From: Heterodontus francisci
Taxonomy: Eukaryota
Assembly (NCBI RefSeq): GCF_036365525.1
Contig: NC_090406.1
Coordinates: 5,765,394-5,829,393, forward strand
DNA length: 64,000 bases
Direction: 5' to 3'
Below, piece by piece: positions 20,701 through 29,569 of this stretch. A program made the translations under genes and the position numbers. Position 1 is the first letter of the stretch; every line of letters starts with the position of its first letter. Under the pieces are notes generated by a model, which saw only the letters and a list, made by a program, of their open reading frames with translations, did not search any database and had not been told where the DNA came from.

Positions 20701-23700
20701 GGGAATGAAGGGCGGGACATTGGACAACAATATCCGCTGCGCAGTGGCCCCCAGAGGATCCACAGGCAGGAAGGTCCCCCCCACACTGAGCCCCTTACTC
20801 AGGGCCACGGACACGGCCCACTCGGTCTTTAGAAAAAACACAGCCTTCCCATACATCTTTGAGGCCGCAACAATGGCCGAGGGGCCGATAACCTCGGCCA
20901 TTGCCTTCACACAGGCCTCAATGGACATGTTGGGATGGGGATAGCTCTTCACCCCATGGCTGGATGTTATTAATTTAAAGGGTGACGGGGCCACGTGGGC
21001 AACCACAGAGGCTGCAGCTGCATAGGTAGTAGAGGGCCCCGCCACCTGTGATGAAGGGCTTGCCATGGGTCTGAGAGCTAAACCCACCCCCAATTGTAGG
21101 CTTGAAAATAACTTTAAGATGCACAAAACAAACAAACAACAGGTTAGGGGAGAGGCTGAGGGAATAGAGCAGAGGGAAAGACAGACTGGAAGGGATGACT
21201 TTCTTTTCCTTTCTGGAGGTGGTGCACACAGCACACTTGAAACAGTCTCTGCCAGCACACTTGGTATTCCGGTCTTCTGGTTGGGGGAGGCGTCTTCACC
21301 TGGGTCAGCTGAAGCTGCCCAGGCACTATTTATCCCCTTCTGTATATTAGCCGGGTCCAGCCCGCCCCCCCCTCGCACCATCTTCACCCCGCACCCCCTT
21401 CCCCTGCACCCCCCCCCCCACCCCCTCCCTCTACCCCTCCCCCTTGCATCCCCTCCTCCCACCGGCACCATCCTACACCTGTGTAGGGGCCCCAACAACC
21501 CCACTGCCTTGTGGGCGTCTCGGGAGAGACCAAGGCTAAGGGAGTAAACCCTAACAGAAAATCCGGAGCGGAACCCCGTAGGCGGTCATGTGTCACCTTT
21601 GGCATGTTTCCGGCAGTTCCTGCAGCCATACTGGTGCCAAACGTCGTGTCCTGCACTCCTTTGGACCCCACCAGAAAGGCCGAGAGGGGGGTTTTGACGA
21701 CTGGGCAACTCTCAACCTCCATAAATTTGCCCAGGCATGCGCCATGGAGAGGTCACTCCATATCACAAACCACTGACCACCTCCAGGCGCGTATCCATTG
21801 TCTCTCGAGATAAGGAGGCCCAAAAGAAAGAATATTAGCCGGGCAGCTTCAGCTGACTCAGGCTGGGCAATTGGGGTGGGGAGGGAGCTTCCCTGCAACT
21901 TTAGTGCAACGGCACAGCTCCACCCACTTGTTGTTCCGGCCTCTTCCACCTCCCACAACAGTCCAAATGAAATAAGAGTCTGGTGCTCAACACCCACCTC
22001 GAAATACAAGCTTATTCCAAAAGTCTTTCCTCCTCTGCAGCAAAAGTTGTTCAAAGTTTTTGCAGTTTCTCCTCAGCATTCCTTCTCCAGCAGCACCTCC
22101 AGCAACTGACTGCAGCAGTCAGCTGCACCTCGTTGATGCACTTTGGCATCCCAATTAGGAAGCAGCCAACCCCTGTGCTGTACCTGTCCTGGAAGTGTTT
22201 GATGGGGACAGTGTAGAGGGAGCTTTACTCTGTATCTAACCCCTGTTTTTTTTTATTGGCAAGTTCGTTTTATTTACAAAAATGGAGCATCACAAAAATT
22301 TGCTTCTCCCATGTGAAGACAGTAGAAAGTTGTCCCCCGTTTTTTTTTTAGCTTTACTCTGTATCTAACCCCCGTTTTTTTTTTTTTTTCTTTTTTTCTA
22401 ACCCCCGTGCTGTACCTGTCCTGGGGAGTGTTTGATGGGGGACAGTGCAGAGGGAACTTTACTCTGTATCTAACCCCCGTGCTGTACCTGTCCTGGGAGT
22501 GTTTGATGTGGACAGTGTAGAGGGAGCTTTACTCTGCATTTAACATCTTTGCAGTGTTCACATGTAGCCTTGTTGGTTTATTAAAGGAGAGGAAGTTTGT
22601 TCGGGTTTATTTGCATGCAATTATCGTGAGCTTATTTATCAGAAATATGAATCCACAGAACCAGGGAAGTTTTGAGCACAGCAGGAGGCCGTTCATGACA
22701 TGGCTGCTCTTTGCTAGCTAGAATTTTCCAAAGCTGGTCCCATTGCCCTCGTCTCTCCCCATAGCCCTGTAATGTAGTCTGCTTCAAATATTTCACAATT
22801 TTCCTTCAAAAGCAGCAATGGTCTCTATCTCAACCACCCACAGAAGCAAAGCATTCCATGTTCCAAAAACTTGAGTAAATACATTTTCTGTAATCTCTCG
22901 CCTCACAGTTTTAAATTGATAATCCTCTTGTCACTGACTCCCCAACCAATGGAAAACATACACACTCTATCAAAATTCAAGTCCCCTCATTGGTAGAGTT
23001 TTCCATCCCTGGTGTCATCCTAGTGTCCAACCTTTTCACGTGCGGGGCCACATTACAATTATTGTCCTACATAAGGGGCCAGTGAGCAAATTTCAGAAAG
23101 ACTATCAATCAAAACATTGTTCTCACCTCCCTTGTCTCAGTATTCTCATTACCACCGTCCCCCCGCCCACCCGTCTCAGTATTCTCATTACCACTGTCCC
23201 CCCACCCGTCTCAGCATTCTCATTACCACCGACCCCCCGCCCACCCGTCTCAGCATTCTCATTACCACCGACCCCCCGCCCACCCGTCTCAGCATTCTCA
23301 TTACCACCGACCCCCCGCCCACCCGTCTCAGCATTCTCATTACCACCGACCCCCCGCCCACCCGTCTCAGCATTCTCATTACCACCGACCCCCCGCCCAC
23401 CCGTCTCAGCATTCTCATTACCACCGTCCCCCCACCCATCCCCTGCACATTCTCACCTCCACCCGCCCCCATCAGCACCAATTGACAACACCGAATTGGT
23501 GGGCTGGATCGAACACACAAACTAGGAGTAGGACATTCGGCCCCTTAAGCCTGCTCCGCCATTCTAGAATATCATGGCTGTTCTGTTTGAGGACTCAACT
23601 CCACTTTCCTGCCTACCCCCGAAACCCTTTGACTCCCTTGTTTGTCAAGAATCTGTCTACCTCTGCCTTAAAAACATTCAATGACCCTGCCTCCACCGCT

Positions 23701-24729
23701 CTTTGGGGAAGAGAGTTCCACAAACTCAGGACCCTCAGAAAAAAAATTCTCATCTCAGTCTTAAATGGGAAACCTCATTTTTAAACTGTGCCCCTTAGTT
23801 TTAGTCTCTCGCACAAGGGGAAACATCCTTTCAACATCCACCCTGTCAAGTCCCCTCAGGGTCGATTATGATTCAATCAGATCACCTCTCATCCTTCTAA
23901 ACTCCAACGAATACAGACTCAACCTTTCCTCATTAGATAACCTTCTCACCCCAGGAATCAGTCAAATGAACCTTCTCCGAACTGCTTCCAATGCAATTAT
24001 ATCCTTTAAGTGAGACCAAAACTGTACACAATACTCTACACGTGGTCTCACCAATGCCCTGTACAGCTGTAGCAAAACATCTATTTTATATTCCATTCTC
24101 CTTGCAATAATTACATTTGCCTTCTTAATCACTTGCTGTACCTGCATACTAACTTGTGTACAAGGACACCCAGATCCCTTTGCATCGGAGTTCTGCAATC
24201 TCTCCATTTAAATAATATGGTGTTTTTATAATTTTCCAGACAAAGTGGACAAGCACACACTTACCCACATATTACTCCATCTGCCAAATCTTTTCCCACT
24301 CACTAAACCTATCTATATACCTTCGCAGACCCCTTATGTCCTCTTCACAACTTCAAAGAATACGGCAAGCTGGACTCTGGCCTGCGGGCTGTCTGTTGGA
24401 CAACCCAAATCTACACTGTAAAAGGGCACCCAAAACATGCAGATGCTATAACTGACATAATTTAATAGGATTGCAGAATATATTTCAAAGCAATGTATTT
24501 GAATATTTTCTTGCAAAAATTAAAACTCAAACACATTTTCTTCTCTAACTTTAAAACTCTTTCGTTAAGTTGCCTTGTGCCTTTAAGTCAATTCACATAG
24601 AAAAATAGATTGTTAATATTTTGGTTCAGAATAAAGATTTTAAATCAAAAAAGAAAATTAAAAGTACCTACCAGGATCTTGGATCAGTACAGATAAAGTA
24701 ACAATCAGGAAAGAGACTTTTCCCCACAT
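8457..24729 (-). CDS. VCAM1/MAdCAM/ICAM-family Ig adhesion molecule, 5' part (signal peptide plus 5 Ig domains); 3' end outside window
   Basis: Exons 24672-24729, 14893-15171, 14261-14578, 12083-12364, 10386-10658 and 8457-8729 join in frame through phase-1 GT-AG introns. D1 has the CxxxC...CxxxC double disulfide; the D1-D2 junction VYSFP and D2 DLYP resemble VCAM1 (IYSFP, DVYP). Orthology not established, so no symbol given. Confidence 0.88.
10386..10658 (-). CDS. Ig adhesion gene exon 5, Ig domain 4 (not in ORF track)
   Basis: Acceptor TTTCCAG, donor GTGAGT, 273 nt; GPRNVSIDGGGSARDSEALALTCHGDANPEPNITW...DDHGIYECVVENKLGEVRLTAQVDVE. Confidence 0.92.
10797..11133 (-). mobile_element. tRNA-derived V-SINE (HE1-like)
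   Basis: Head GGGCGGCACAGTGGCGCAGTGGTTAGCACC...GGGTTCGATTC (A/B boxes), V-domain GGGTGCTCCGGTTTCCTCCCACA, CR1-type tail GGGCCGAAGGGCCTGTTTCAGTGCTG. Confidence 0.88.
11217..11508. mobile_element. Possible MITE with GTTGCCAAC/GTTGGCAAC terminal inverted repeats
   Basis: GAGTTGCCAACCCTCCAGG at ~11217 and GAGTTGGCAACCCCT at ~11494; right end also present in the duplicate at ~9725. Confidence 0.4.
12083..12364 (-). CDS. Ig adhesion gene exon 4, Ig domain 3
   Basis: Acceptor ACAG, donor GTGAGC, 282 nt; SISCSADGDPLPTITW...DGGVYICK. Confidence 0.92.
14261..14578 (-). CDS. Ig adhesion gene exon 3, Ig domain 2
   Basis: Acceptor CTTTTCTTTCAG, donor GTGAGT, 318 nt; SFPHSPKVEL...TLQCSARDLYP...FTCQLRL...LHLY. 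Confidence 0.93.
14893..15171 (-). CDS. Ig adhesion gene exon 2, Ig domain 1
   Basis: Acceptor TTTTTTCTCTCCAG, donor GTAAGT, 279 nt; LTCVSQC...WEKTIDLAPG...YKCTITC...LTVY. Confidence 0.93.
15231..15288 (+). repeat. Left remnant of the ~70-bp tandem repeat split by the Tx1 insertion
   Basis: CTGGGAGTGTTTGATGGGGACAGTGTAGAGGGATCTTTACTCTGTATTTAACCCCCG matches units at 22176-22544. Confidence 0.9.
15329..19016 (-). pseudogene. Tx1 ORF2 (APE endonuclease plus reverse transcriptase), several frameshifts
   Basis: Split over ORFs 17664-19016, 17170-17736, 16801-17124, 16169-17083, 15863-16138 and 15329-15805; GDFN altered to GYFN; YADD frameshifted near 16960. Confidence 0.9.
19040..21066 (-). pseudogene. 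Tx1 ORF1 (CCHC zinc-knuckle RNA-binding protein), frameshifted
   Basis: ORFs 20062-21504 (true start likely 21066) and 19130-20128 overlap in different frames near the T11 run at ~20154-20163. Confidence 0.8.
21356..21831 (+). mobile_element. Non-autonomous bipartite RTE-derived element inserted in the Tx1 5'UTR
   Basis: TSD ATATTAGCCGGG at 21344-21355 and 21832-21843; 21763-21829 is identical over 67 nt to the RTE 3' end at 27913-27979; no RT coding sequence. Confidence 0.85.
22168..22544 (+). repeat. ~70-bp tandem repeat with three poly(T)-headed insertions
   Basis: Units TGCTGTACCTGTCCTGG(G/A)AGTGTTTGATGGGGACAGTGTAGAGGGAGCTTTACTCTGTATCTAACCCC(C/T)G at 22176-22245, 22408-22479 and 22480-22544 (partial); inserts at 22246-22333, 22340-22349 and 22375-22397. 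Confidence 0.92.
23134..23437 (+). repeat. 39-bp minisatellite, ~8 copies
   Basis: Unit GTCTCAGCATTCTCATTACCACCGACCCCCCGCCCACCC; central five copies identical, terminal copies divergent. Confidence 0.95.
23520..24350 (-). mobile_element. CR1 LINE 3' fragment
   Basis: ORF 23962-24207 (LLQLYRALVRP.VEYCVQFWS) and CR1 3'UTR. Confidence 0.85.
24672..24729 (-). CDS. Ig adhesion gene exon 1 (signal peptide MWGKVSFLIVTLSVLIQDP)
   Basis: ATG at 24729-24727 in AAGATG context, 19 codons plus 1 nt with a hydrophobic core, donor G|GTAGGT; phase 1 matches the exon 2 acceptor. Confidence 0.75.
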
Positions 24730-24874
24730 CTTGTCCCTTCTCTTCAGAATTCCAATTATTTAAAAAAAAAACTCCTGATTTAAACCATTTAAGTTAAATT
24801 CACTCTAGAATATTGACATCCAGGTTGGCCATAAGCCTACTGGCTCTGCGAGGCTTCTCTATAAATTTGAGTTG

Positions 24875-24900
24875 TTTTATAATAGATTGTGTACTTCCTG
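24875..24900 (-). promoter_or_regulatory. Candidate core promoter of the Ig gene (ETS site plus TATA box)
   Basis: Minus strand CAGGAAGT (24900-24893) then TATAAAA (24881-24875), ~145 bp upstream of the ATG. Motif evidence only. Confidence 0.45.
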
Positions 24901-25480
24901 TGGGGCTCAGTCCTCCAGATTCTTTCTCTCAGAACTACAAGCTGCAATAATTCACAGGCTGTGAAGATCCCCCTCTTCCCATAAGGAAAAGGGATGGATC
25001 TTACATCTGCCAGTTATATCCTGGCTCCTCATGGAGTCTCTTATAGGTTGCTTCTCCTTCAGCACGTTCAGCTGCTTTGGACACAAACTCCCCACCTTCC
25101 ATTTGTGCAGAGTTTGTTTGAGGCTGTGGTTTAAGAAATGGTCATTAGGACAAGAGGAGGTCACTTCAGTTCCTCAAACCCAATTTGCCATTTAATTAGA
25201 TCATTGCTGATCTGTATTCTTAACTCCATAGAACCACCTTGATTCCACGACCCTTAAATACCCTTGCCTAACAAATATCTATCAATCTCAGTTCTGAAAA
25301 TTTCACTCGACTTCCAGCCTCAATAGTTTTGTGGTGTCCAAGAACTCCAGATTTCCACTGCCCTTTGTGTGAAAATTGCTTTCTGACATTGCCTACCATT
25401 GCCCAACTCCACCCCTGCTGCTAAAATCCCTCATGTATGTTACCTGTAGACTTTACTTTCCAATACTATGCCAGTGAGAG

Positions 25481-25870
25481 TTGTGGCTCAGTTGGCAGCA
25501 CTTGTGTCTCTAAATCATATGATTCTGGGTTCATGTCCCATTCCAGGGCTTGAGCTCAAAAATCAAGGCAGACACTCCAGTGCTGCACTGTTGGAGGTGC
25601 TGCCTTTGGGATGTGATGCTAAACTGAGGCCCCATCTGTCTGCTTGGGTAGATGCATAAGGTTCCACGGCACTCTCTTGAGGAAAGAGCAGGAGAATTCT
25701 TCCTGGTATCCTGCCCGGATGATCTGGTCATCATCACATTGCTGTTTGTGGGAGCTTGCTGCGTGCAAATTGGCTGCTGTGTTTCCTACATCACAAAAGT
25801 GACTACACTCCTTGGCTCTGAAGCACTTTGCGATGTCCAGTGATCGGGAAAAGCAGCATTGTCATTTTTC
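25481..25870 (+). mobile_element. Deu-domain SINE remnant (SacSINE1/AmnSINE-like)
   Basis: tRNA-like head TGTGGCTCAGTTGG...GGGTTCATGTCCC; core TTGCTGTTTGTGGGAGCTTGCTGCGTGCAAATTGGCTGC recurs many times in the window. Confidence 0.7.
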
Positions 25871-25879
25871 TTTTCAATA

Positions 25880-26375
25880 TTCTCTTGGTGAGCGCCCCGT
25901 CTTCCACTCGATATAAACTTAAACTACTGCTGCCCGTATCTGAACCAAGTTCCGTTCACCCATCACCCGTGATCTCTCACCGATGGAGGCTCATAGTTAG
26001 CACCACCTCGATTTAAAAAAATTTCTGCCTGGTTATCACATCCCTCCATGGCCTCACCCCTCCCTATCTCTAACTTCCTCCATCCCTACAACTTGAGATC
26101 TCTGCGCTCCTCTGGTCTCTCGAGCACCCTGATTTACATTGCTCCTTCAGCTACCAAGGCCCTAAGTTCTGGAATTCTCTCCCTAAACCTTTCTACCTCT
26201 GCTCCTCCTTTCATGATGCCCCTTAAAACCTACTTCTCTGCCCAACATTTTGGTCACTTGCCTTATTATCTCCTTGTGGCTCAGTGTCAAATTTTGTTTG
26301 ATGATTGTTCCTGTGAAGCACCTTGGAACCTTATACTATGCTAAAGGTGTTATATAAAAGCAAGTTGTTGTTGTT
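25880..26375 (+). mobile_element. Old L2 3' fragment
   Basis: Degenerate antisense match to positions ~1-300 (GCCTTCAGCT..CCAAGGCCCTAAG.TCTGGAATTC) with a TTG-repeat tail. Confidence 0.6.
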
Positions 26376-26866
26376 GGCTGAGGGGAGGTCATCATCACTC
26401 ACTGACTGTAAAAGCCTGTCAATTGAGAGGATTAGAGTCTTGTCCCCAACATGATATAATAGATCAGCTGTGCTTCCCCTATCCATTGTTACTTTGAAAA
26501 CCATTATATAAATCTACTCTGCACATTTATCACCCTGTGCGCTGTGGCTCAGCAGGATGAAGGTGTCTATCTCACATCTCCATCTACGAAGGAGGGTGCC
26601 CGATAAGTGTGTGGGGTTTGAGCGTGAGTGGGGGAGGGTGTATGAGTTCGAAGTGGGGCATTTGCGGTCGGGGGTGATCAGAGTTTTGGTGCATCAGGTG
26701 GATGTAGTATAAAGGATGCAAGAAGTTAATACCAAAGACAATGAGAGAGACCCCTCCCACTGTACAAGTGATGCTGTAACAATCACGAGATAGGCTTGAG
26801 AAGGAGGTGGTAGAGCAGCACAAAGGATTCTAGCTTAGGTGGCTTGCTGAGCGTGTACATAGTAAC

Positions 26867-27992
26867 GTTCAAATCCTCTGAAGAAGGAATTTTCCTCCAC
26901 ACAAGATCAGGGGGCAGGTTGTTCAACCTTGCCCGTCTAAGAGCGAAGTCCAAAGTACGGAAAGTCCTCATCAGAGAACTCCTCTTTGCTGACGATGCTG
27001 CTTTAACATCTCACACTGAAGAATGCCTGCAGAGTCTCATCGACAGGTTTGCGTCTGCCTGCAATGAATTTGGCCTAACCATCAGCCTCAAGAAAACGAA
27101 CATCATGGGGCAGGATGTCAGAAATGCTCCATCCATCAATATTGGCGACCACGCTCTGGAAGTGGTTCAAGAGTTCACCTACCTAGGCTCAACTATCACC
27201 AGTAACCTGTCTCTAGATGCAGAAATCAACAAGCGCATGGGTAAGGCTTCCACTGCTATGTTCAGACTGGCCAAGAGAGTGTGGGAAAATGGCGCACTGA
27301 CACGGAACACAAAAGTCCGAGTGTATCAGGCCTGTGTCCTCAGTACCTTGCTCTACGGCAGCGAGGCCTGGACAACGTATGCCAGCCAAGAGCGACGTCT
27401 CAATTCATTCCATCTTCGCTGCCTTCGGAGAATACTTGGCATCAGGTGGCAGGACTATATCTCCAACACAGAAGTCCTTGAAGCGGCCAACATCCCCAGC
27501 TTATACACACTACTGAGTCAGCGGCGCTTGAGATGGCTTGGCCATGTGAGCCGCATGGAAGATGGCAGGATCCCCAAAGACACATTGTACAGCGAGCTCG
27601 CCACTGGTATCAGACCCACCGGCCGTCCATGTCTCCGTTATAAAGACGTCTGCAAACGCGACATGAAATCGTGTGACATTGATCACAAGTCGTGGGAGTC
27701 AGTTGCCAGCATTCGCCAGAGCTGGCGGGCAGCCATAAAGACAGGGCTAAATTGTGGCGAGTCGAAGAGACTTAGTAGTTGGCAGGAAAAAAGACAGAGG
27801 CGCAAGGGGAGAGCCAACTGTGCAACAGCCCCAACAAACAAATTTCTCTGCAGCACCTGTGGAAGAGCCTGTTACTCCAGAATTGGCCTTTATAGCCACT
27901 CCAGGCGCTGCTTCACAAACCACTGACCACCTCCAGGCGCGTATCCATTGTCTCTCGAGATAAGGAGGCCCAAAAGAAAAAGAAGAAAAAGA
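26867..27992 (+). mobile_element. 5'-truncated RTE-clade LINE with uninterrupted RT C-terminal ORF
   Basis: ORF to 27926 with LLFADD, FTYLGS, LLYGSEAW, RRLRWLGHV and terminal C2H2-like CSTC..H; GAA-rich tail; TSD ACATAGTAAC at 26857-26866 and 27993-28002. Confidence 0.95.
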
Positions 27993-29569
27993 ACATAGTA
28001 ACTGTAAATAATAGAATTGTTAGTTAACTTTTACCAGAGTCTAAGACTTTCTCTAGAACGCCCTCCAACACTACTAATACAGCTAAACCCAACAGTGGGT
28101 GCCAATAATTCATGATCACTTTCCAGCAATGAGTATGAAAAACCTTAGCTGATTAACTAGGACACAGAGGCCCTGCAGCACCCTCATTGCTAACCAACCT
28201 GTGGATCAGCTAACTCAGCACCCAATCCTCCCCAGTACAGTGTTGAATGACACCTCACCCTTCAGACCCCGGGGTAGCGCACTGTTGCTCGAAGAGCCAG
28301 TCCTACAGTGGCCACTGTTTGGCTGTTAATCCTTATAACAATTACCTTGTCACATAGAATTACATAGGGTAAATGGCACAGAAACAGGCCATTTGGCCCA
28401 ACCAGGACATACCAGCGTTTACACTCCACAAGTCTCCTCCCATCCTTCCTCATCCACGCCATCAGCATAATCCTCTATTCCCATCTCCCTCGTGTTTACC
28501 AGCTTCTCCTTAAATACATCTATACTATTCGCCTCAACCGCTCCCTGTAGTAGTGAGTTCCACATTCTCACCACTCTCTGGGTAAAGACATTTCTTTTGA
28601 ATTCCCTACTGGATTTTTTTTTGACTACTCTCAGCTATTTATAATTGGGGAAATAAATAGTGTTGCAGCTGAAATGCAGAATCAGTCTCCAGTGATATCT
28701 GTTTCCACCGGCTGCTCTGTCAGCTGTTTGGTAGACAGGTTGCACTGGTGTACGTCTCAGTTAGTATGGTATCAGGTGTGACAGATATCTATTCCCCCAT
28801 GGGAAACAAAGGGAAGATCGGAGTTAGAACTGAAACCCTAGATTTAAAATGGTTTCAGATAAACTGATTTCCTCAGGTCCATGTGTGCAGCTGCATAACT
28901 GCTTACCCAATGACATTAATCAAAGTATAAAAACACTCAGTAATCGAGAAAGATCTCCAGTTATATTACTGGGGAAATGCAGCTGGAACAGAGACTGAGA
29001 GTCAGCATAGTCATGTAAGTAGGCAAGTGTTAACAGTATGGGGGTGCCATCATCCAGGTGGTTAGACAAGTTTGTTGCTGCATTTCCTTTCTGGTGCCAG
29101 AGTGGGAAGCAACAGAGCAGGCAGGACAACTTCTGGACAGGAAAGGAAATTAACCCAACATTGTGGATCGTAAAGAAACCAATAAATGGGAAGAAAAAGT
29201 GGGATGGGATCTTGTGACAACATACAACTTTCATTTATATAGCATATTTAATGTAGCAAAACATCACAAGGTGCAGTGCAAGAGCATTATTATGTAAAAT
29301 TGACACCGGGTTGCATAAGGAAACAATAGGATTCAAAATGAGCTCAAGCTTGGTCAAACAAAAGGGTTCATGGTGCAAGGCCAAAGGGAGTGGTATTGGG
29401 ACAGGTAAAGGAAGGTTTTAAGAAACATCTTAAAGGATGAAATGGCAGAGAGGGGGAGAGATTTATGGAGGGAATTCCAGAGCTTATGGCCTTGACAGCT
29501 GAAGGCACGGCCACCAATGGCGGGGCAATTAAAATCAGGGATATTCAAGAATTGGAGAAGCGCAATGAT

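Larger units (their letters stand above)
15289..22167 (-). mobile_element. Apparently full-length Tx1-clade LINE (5'UTR, ORF1, ORF2, polyA), inactivated by frameshifts
   Basis: ORF1 from ATG 21066 (MASPSSQVAG; HGVK; VASKMYGKAV-like; zinc knuckle CHICKGVGHVRKNC); ORF2 from 19016 (LQETH, SRIDR, SDH endonuclease; KSPGLDG, DQEKAFD, GLRQGCP RT; CTFC..H..C C-terminus) ending at 15329; AATAAA plus poly(A) to 15289; TSD AACCCC(C/T)G at 15281-15288 and 22168-22175. Confidence 0.93.

Noticed and set aside
20062-21504. 480-aa ORF with a Gly/Arg-rich N-terminus
   Set aside because: The N-terminal part is read-through of the C-rich insert and Tx1 5'UTR; the real ORF1 likely starts at 21066.
22255-22333. 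Possible snRNA fragment (AATTTTTG, Sm-like site)
   Set aside because: No match to U1, U2, U4 or U5 that I can recognise; AATAAA plus poly(A) fits a polyadenylated 3' end better.
22168-22544. Repeat-spacer pattern superficially like a CRISPR array
   Set aside because: Eukaryotic context, ~70-bp units, 'spacers' are poly-T inserts with TSDs, and there are no cas genes.
23040-23525. Proline-rich repeat ORFs in three frames
   Set aside because: Translation of the 39-bp minisatellite; no splice or coding support.
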